DNA from: a virus
Lineage: Duplodnaviria; Heunggongvirae; Uroviricota; Caudoviricetes
Reading direction: 5' to 3' (one strand)
IMG/VR virus record: IMGVR_UViG_2541047736_000005
Coordinates: 1-3,227 of that record
DNA: 3,227 nucleotides
The position numbers and the translations under genes are program-made. This document shows positions 1-3,227 of the stretch, piece by piece (position 1 is the stretch's first letter; each line of letters starts with the position of its first letter). Below the pieces are notes generated by a model, which had not been told where the DNA came from, ran no database searches, and worked only from the letters and a program-made list of their open reading frames with translations.

Positions 1-19
1 TTTTACTTCTTCATGCCAA

Positions 20-37
20 AAGGGAGCTATCTCCCTT
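20..37 (+). terminator. Candidate intrinsic terminator hairpin for a gene ending upstream of the window
   Basis: Perfect 7-bp inverted repeat AAGGGAG (20-26) / CTCCCTT (31-37) with 4-nt loop CTAT, followed by GTTTGAATTG. The U-tract is weak and the stem is only moderately GC-rich. Confidence 0.25.
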
Positions 38-148
38 GTTTGAATTGAAAAGTCCAGGCTGCAAAGTCTGGGCTTTTGTCGTATTAGGGCACGGTAAAGT
101 TTGGCTGTGCCCGTAAAAAATGGCTGGCTATACACAAGGAATGTGGCA

Positions 149-706
149 ATGAGTGGTGAAAAAAAGGCGAAAGGCTGGCGGTTCTATGGTCTTGTAGGTT
201 TTGGCGCAATAGCACTGCTTTCCGCTGGCGTCTGGGCGTTGCAATATGCTGGCAGTGGGCCAGAAAAAACGTTGTCGCCGCTGGTGGTGCACAACAATCT
301 GCAAATCGATCTCAATGAGCCGGACCTCTTTCTCGACAGCGACTCTCTGAGCCAGCTTCCCAAAGATCTCCTCACCATTCCGTTTCTCCACGATGTTCTG
401 AGCGAAGATTTCGTTTTCTATTATCAGAATCATGCCGATCGTCTGGGCATTGAAGGCAGCATTCGTCGTATTGTCTATGAACACGATCTCACGCTGAAAG
501 ATAAGCTCTTTTCGTCACTCTTAGATCAGCCCGCGCAGGCAGCGCTGTGGCACGATAAACAAGGCCATCTTTCACATTATATGGTGCTGATCCAGCGCAG
601 TGGTTTAAGCAAACTGCTGGAGCCATTGTTGTTTGCCGCTACCAGCGACAGCCAGTTAAGCAAAACGGAAATCAGTAGCATCAAGATAAATAGTGAAACT
701 ATTTGA
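149..706 (+). CDS. Hypothetical protein with N-terminal signal-anchor/TM helix, function unknown (185 aa)
   Basis: Six-frame ORF 101..706. I place the start at ATG 149 because AAGGA at 136-140 gives an 8-nt spacer, whereas the TTG at 101 has no RBS. Stop is TGA 704-706. After a basic KKAK stretch comes a hydrophobic segment WRFYGLVGFGAIALLSAGVWALQYAG, then a hydrophilic domain rich in D/E/L/S. No catalytic motif recognised by eye. Confidence 0.6.
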   Translation: MSGEKKAKGWRFYGLVGFGAIALLSAGVWALQYAGSGPEKTLSPLVVHNNLQIDLNEPDLFLDSDSLSQLPKDLLTIPFLHDVLSEDFVFYYQNHADRLGIEGSIRRIVYEHDLTLKDKLFSSLLDQPAQAALWHDKQGHLSHYMVLIQRSGLSKLLEPLLFAATSDSQLSKTEISSIKINSETI

Positions 707-781
707 TGCGCCGCGCGATAAATGCACTCTATCTTGTGCGATAAATGGCATCCACGCGGCGTTTCATTATTTGAAAAAGAA

Positions 782-1354
782 TTACATTTCAGGTTGCGTT
801 ATGACAGTCCCAACAGGGTGGTAGCGGTAGATCGTTGACAGTCCAATATCATAGATAATTGCCAGCCGCTTTCTGTCATACCCTTTCTGGAGCAATCTTG
901 CGATCTGCTCATGCTGCTCCTTCGTCAGTTTCGGGCGACGTCCTCCAACTCTCCCTTGTGCTCGCGCAGCAGCCAGTCCTGCCAGCGTGCGCTCAACTAT
1001 CAGTTCACGCTCCATTTCTGCCAGTGCACCCATCATATGAAAAAAGAACCTTCCCATCGGAGTGCTGGTATCGATTGAATCCGTCAGACTGCGAAAATTG
1101 ACACCTTTTGCGCGTAGCTCTTCTGTGAGAGCAATGAGGTGTTTCATTCTTCTACCCAACCGATCCAGCTTCCAGACCACCAATGTATCCCCTCTTTTAA
1201 GGCACTTTAAAGCGCGTTTCAGGCCTGGTCGTTCCGACTTGGTTCCGCTCATTTTGTCCTCAAAAATCTGTTCACATCCTGCGCACATTAATGCATTGCG
1301 TTGCAAATCTGTGTTTTGGTCATTTGTTGACACACGTATGTAGCCAATCAGCAT
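782..1354 (-). CDS. pin: Small serine recombinase, DNA invertase of the Hin/Gin/Cin/Pin family (190 aa)
   Basis: N-terminus MLIGYIRVSTNDQNTDLQRNAL carries the catalytic Ser in the RVST motif. Central blocks GDTLVVWKLDRLGR and SLTDSIDTSTPMGRFFFHMMGALAEMERELIVERT and a C-terminal HTH-like IGLSTIYRY match the hallmark blocks of this family. ATG is the complement of 1352-1354, with a GGGAG RBS (complement of 1363-1367, 8-nt spacer). It lies directly beside tail-fibre cassettes, as in Mu G, P1 C and e14 P. The symbol is family-level only; I cannot say which pin allele. Confidence 0.95.
   Translation of the reverse strand: MLIGYIRVSTNDQNTDLQRNALMCAGCEQIFEDKMSGTKSERPGLKRALKCLKRGDTLVVWKLDRLGRRMKHLIALTEELRAKGVNFRSLTDSIDTSTPMGRFFFHMMGALAEMERELIVERTLAGLAAARAQGRVGGRRPKLTKEQHEQIARLLQKGYDRKRLAIIYDIGLSTIYRYHPVGTVITQPEM
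1201..1261. promoter_or_regulatory. Candidate Fis-dependent recombinational enhancer inside the 5' part of the invertase gene
   Basis: Two 15-bp elements with G at position 1, C at position 15 and an AT-rich centre: GGCACTTTAAAGCGC (1201-1215, nearly palindromic about TTTAAA) and GCTCATTTTGTCCTC (1247-1261). Their centres are about 46 bp apart. In Hin/Gin/Cin systems the enhancer lies within the first ~100-180 bp of the invertase gene with two Fis sites about 48 bp apart. Pattern match only. Confidence 0.25.
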
Positions 1355-1408
1355 TAAAAATACTCCCTTTTGAGTGGTTAAAGTACTGAGATAATGTGGG
1401 GAGGATTT

Positions 1409-1434
1409 GAGAGATAAACGTTGGTTTGGGCGAA
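1409..1434. promoter_or_regulatory. Candidate recombination crossover site (gix/hix/pix-like) at the invertase-proximal border of the invertible segment
   Basis: GAGAGATAAACG TT GGTTTGGGCGAA has the AAACx-NN-GGTTT core typical of Gin/Hin crossover sites. The right half-site GGTTTGGGCGAA matches the recalled consensus GGTTTTGGATAA at 9 of 12 positions; the left half matches only in the inner AAAC. The site sits between the invertase start and the fibre cassette, and the cassette reading frame opens exactly here (in-frame TGA at 1408-1410). Confidence 0.45.
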
Positions 1435-1890
1435 ACGATAAATAAAGCCTCCGGAGCTATGCAGAAATCGGCTAATGGAGCTGATATTTCTGATGTATCA
1501 GCCTTCCGAAATGCGCTCCAGTTAGGGGCCGCCGCAACACGAGATGTTGGAGCAGATAATGCCTCGAAGTTACTGGATTTAGACAGCTTCAGGTCAATGA
1601 TGTCAGGGAATGGCTACATCTACATTCCATGCATTGCGACGACAGGAAACCCGGTGAAACTTATGTTGCAGTGGGGAACGGTGGCAACACAAAAGGGAGC
1701 TGATGCTGGATATGCCTTACCATTTGCTTTTCCCTATGCAGGCTTGTTTGCGACCGGAAACCGTGGAACATCTGGCTACAATGCCGCGATGAATGTGCGT
1801 ATTGCCAGCAGAACGCATATCAGTATTCAGAACTGGTCGCCATCCGGAGAGGGCACCGAAGATTGTTGTTTTATCGCGCTGGGGTATTAA
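1411..1890 (+). CDS. Tail-fibre C-terminal (receptor-binding tip) cassette, apparently the silent alternate arm of the inversion switch; no own start or RBS
   Basis: Frame is open from 1411 to TAA 1888-1890. The first in-frame start candidates are TTG 1426 and ATG 1459, with no convincing RBS. The product shares the motif LQLGxAAxRDVG and a C-terminal ...A[IL]GY end (CCFIALGY versus HFEAIGY) with the minus-strand fibre. Its 159 codons are similar in size to the short fibre fragments I recall next to pin in e14. Confidence 0.8.
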   Translation, partial: EINVGLGETINKASGAMQKSANGADISDVSAFRNALQLGAAATRDVGADNASKLLDLDSFRSMMSGNGYIYIPCIATTGNPVKLMLQWGTVATQKGADAGYALPFAFPYAGLFATGNRGTSGYNAAMNVRIASRTHISIQNWSPSGEGTEDCCFIALGY

Positions 1891-1892
1891 GA

Positions 1893-2303
1893 ATGAATAA
1901 ATTTTATAAAGGCTCTTTCTATCCGGAAGCACTAAAAGATGTATATATCAGCGCCGGCTCATGGCCTGAAAACGGCGTTGATGTTGATGATGAAACAATG
2001 GCAATTTACACGGGTGTCGTACCACAGGGTAAAATGCTAGGTTCCGATAAAAATGGCAACCCTGCTTGGGTGGATATTCCGCCTCTTTCAACGGAGCAAT
2101 TAGTTGCCATTATGGAGCAGAAGAAAGGGAAACTTCGTTCGATAGCCGATGCTGAAATTAGCTGGCGACAGGATGCCGTTGATGCAGGGATAGCGACGAA
2201 AGAGGAAACCGCCGCGTTATCTGAATGGAAAAAATACCGGGTCCTGCTGATGCGCGTTGATACAGCAAAACCCGTATGGCCTGTCAATCCGCAGGATATT
2301 TAA
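1893..2303 (+). CDS. Tail fibre assembly protein (Tfa chaperone), 136 aa
   Basis: ATG 1893 lies 2 nt after the fibre stop, suggesting translational coupling. The C-terminal block [31 protein letters not shown] matches the conserved C-terminal chaperone motif of lambda-type Tfa proteins as I recall it (...[25 protein letters not shown]...). The track ORF starts at 1863, but that overlaps the fibre and I prefer 1893. Stop is TAA 2301-2303. Confidence 0.85.
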   Translation: [136 protein letters not shown]

Positions 2304-2517
2304 CGGGGGCGTTGTAGGTGGTGACATATTCAAGCAGTTCTGTTGGATATGTCACCGTTGCTGCATCTCGCTCTACGTTAAATGTATCCGCTCCCCAGAT
2401 AACACACTCCCTCAAAAATGCCTCCACCTCTGGCGAGACTTCAACCGCATCATCAGGTCGCTCTTGTTCAGAAACATAAAAACCAACGGTCGTTGGGCTG
2501 AAATAGATATTCTCCAT
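2284..2517 (-). CDS. Tfa-like N-terminal domain only (77 aa); probable truncated or decayed tail fibre assembly gene
   Basis: ATG (complement of 2515-2517) lies 2 nt after the minus-strand fibre stop, the same junction architecture as the plus arm. N-terminus MENIYFSPTTVGFY...PDDAVEVSPEVEAFL resembles Tfa N-termini of the IYFSA..FY type. The ORF stops at TGA (complement of 2284-2286) without the conserved C-terminal ATKEE..W.KYRVLL.RVD block, and the track shows no minus-strand ORF that could supply it by frameshift. It overlaps the 3' end of the plus-strand tfa by 20 bp. Confidence 0.55.
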   Translation of the reverse strand: MENIYFSPTTVGFYVSEQERPDDAVEVSPEVEAFLRECVIWGADTFNVERDAATVTYPTELLEYVTTYNAPVKYPAD

Positions 2518-2519
2518 AT

Positions 2520-3227
2520 TTAGTATCCTATTGCTTCAAAATGCAGTGTCGGTGTTTCGCCGAGATTGGGTGTCGTATACGCCACAGTGAATCGCGTTCT
2601 TGATACGTCAGTGCCAGAATCAGTATCGCGATGCGTTGCCAGTGATTTTCCGGCCATTGTTGACTGGGTCGGATAGCTGTAACTCGCTAGTGTTGCCAGC
2701 GTTGCTATTTGTGCATTTGGGAATTGTCTGGGGAAATTAACCCTGTAGTAATGGGTGTAGTACGTCACCCCACCAAGCACCTGCGAGTTGAAGTTACCAA
2801 CTGGTGTCAGTGTCACAGTGCCAGCCTGTCGAATCATACCATTTGGGAGAATATCCCAGGCAGTTTGTCCGTTTCGCGACATACCAAATGCGGACATGTC
2901 CGGGAGTTGATTATTACCGGTTCCGACATCCCGTTTTGCCGCTTCTCCCAATTGAAGGTAATTGAGGACTTCTTTTATACTGCCCATAGCGATAATAGCG
3001 CGACCAATAGCTGTAAGGGTTGTCAGCGCTGCGCGGTCTGCTCCGGTAAAATAAGGCAACCGATCTGCTGCAGTGGCAAGTCCTGCCAGAGCAGTGAGCG
3101 TGGCATCTGCCGGTTGTTTTCCGTTTGCCAGATCGTATGCAGCCTTGACCGCTTTCGGTGTGGCGGCCAGTATTTCAGACGTGCTGTTGATGTCACTGCT
3201 CAATTGTACGGTGCCTTTTGCCGTCAG
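2520..3227 (-). CDS. Tail fibre protein, C-terminal portion (partial; 5' end lies beyond the right edge of the window)
   Basis: The reading frame is open from the window edge (3227) down to TAA (complement of 2520-2522); the M in the track at 3203 is a TTG inside an open frame. SDINSTSEILAATPKAVK...NGKQPADATLTALAGL...LPYF resembles the conserved region of lambda-like side tail fibres (recalled, unverified). It is followed by a divergent tip ending HFEAIGY. Confidence 0.9.
   Translation of the reverse strand: MTAKGTVQLSSDINSTSEILAATPKAVKAAYDLANGKQPADATLTALAGLATAADRLPYFTGADRAALTTLTAIGRAIIAMGSIKEVLNYLQLGEAAKRDVGTGNNQLPDMSAFGMSRNGQTAWDILPNGMIRQAGTVTLTPVGNFNSQVLGGVTYYTHYYRVNFPRQFPNAQIATLATLASYSYPTQSTMAGKSLATHRDTDSGTDVSRTRFTVAYTTPNLGETPTLHFEAIGY

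Larger units (their letters stand above)
1411..3227. other. Invertible tail-fibre segment (partial; far boundary not identified in the window)
   Basis: Two convergent fibre-tip plus Tfa cassettes lie between a serine invertase and the incoming fibre reading frame. This arrangement matches phage Mu G, P1 C and e14 P segments. Only one candidate crossover site was found, at 1409-1434. Confidence 0.5.

Noticed and set aside
128-484. Minus-strand ORFs 128..484 (118 aa) and 184..378 (64 aa)
   Set aside because: They lie entirely antisense within the 149..706 ORF, have no RBS and give low-complexity or odd translations. Likely spurious.
149-706. Assigning the unknown ORF to a named family (a DUF-type membrane protein came to mind)
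   Set aside because: The recollection is not reliable enough; without a search, a name would be invented.
859-1343. Plus-strand ORFs 859..1101 (80 aa) and 1062..1343 (93 aa)
   Set aside because: They are antisense to the invertase gene, whose protein has unmistakable family motifs. These are shadow ORFs.
1355-1425. Sigma70 promoter call for the invertase (for example TTTATC at -35 and CATTAT at -10 on the minus strand)
   Set aside because: Matches are 3-4 of 6 with ambiguous spacing. A promoter probably exists here and may overlap the crossover site, but I cannot position it.
1863-1892. Track start of the plus-strand tfa ORF at 1863
   Set aside because: It overlaps the fibre 3' end. ATG 1893, 2 nt after the fibre stop, gives the coupled junction seen on the other arm.
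1717-2523. ORFs 1717..1932 (minus), 2006..2287 (minus) and 2257..2523 (plus)
   Set aside because: They are antisense to, or overlap, the fibre and Tfa genes. The 2006..2287 frame was checked as a possible frameshifted continuation of the short Tfa but lacks the conserved C-terminal block.
2549-2570. GTTTCGCC match to the left crossover region, as a possible partner site
   Set aside because: It is only 8 bp and explained by both proteins encoding LGET. It lacks the AAAC..GTTT core and sits at the extreme 3' end of the fibre gene.
3111-3129. CCGGTTGTTTTCCGTTTGCC as the right-hand crossover site
   Set aside because: It is T-rich with GTTT elements but has no dyad core and no real match to the inverted 1409-1434 sequence.
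1-3227. CRISPR array, tRNA, rRNA, or IS/transposon inverted repeats
   Set aside because: I saw no regularly spaced direct repeats, no cloverleaf-like conserved tRNA features and no terminal inverted repeats flanking a transposase.

Overview
This window reads as the tail-fibre end of a prophage or phage-derived element carrying a DNA-inversion host-range switch of the Gin/Pin/Cin/Hin type. A small serine invertase (782..1354, minus) sits beside a candidate crossover site (1409..1434). To its right are two convergent tail-fibre tip cassettes, each followed by a tail-fibre-assembly (Tfa) gene: a promoterless plus-strand fibre segment (1411..1890) with an intact Tfa (1893..2303), and a minus-strand fibre (2520..>3227, open at the window edge) with a Tfa-like ORF of only 77 aa (2284..2517). 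The minus-strand arm appears to be the expressed orientation. Left of the invertase, convergent with it, is a 185-aa ORF with an N-terminal membrane anchor and no family I recognise (149..706). No rRNA, tRNA, CRISPR array or transposon terminus is visible. The switch itself is a well-known class; the points worth a second look are the truncated chaperone on the expressed arm, the missing partner crossover site within the window, a short inverted core match inside the Tfa-like ORF, and the unknown membrane protein in the cargo position. All family assignments are from motif recognition by eye and recalled sequences, not from searches.
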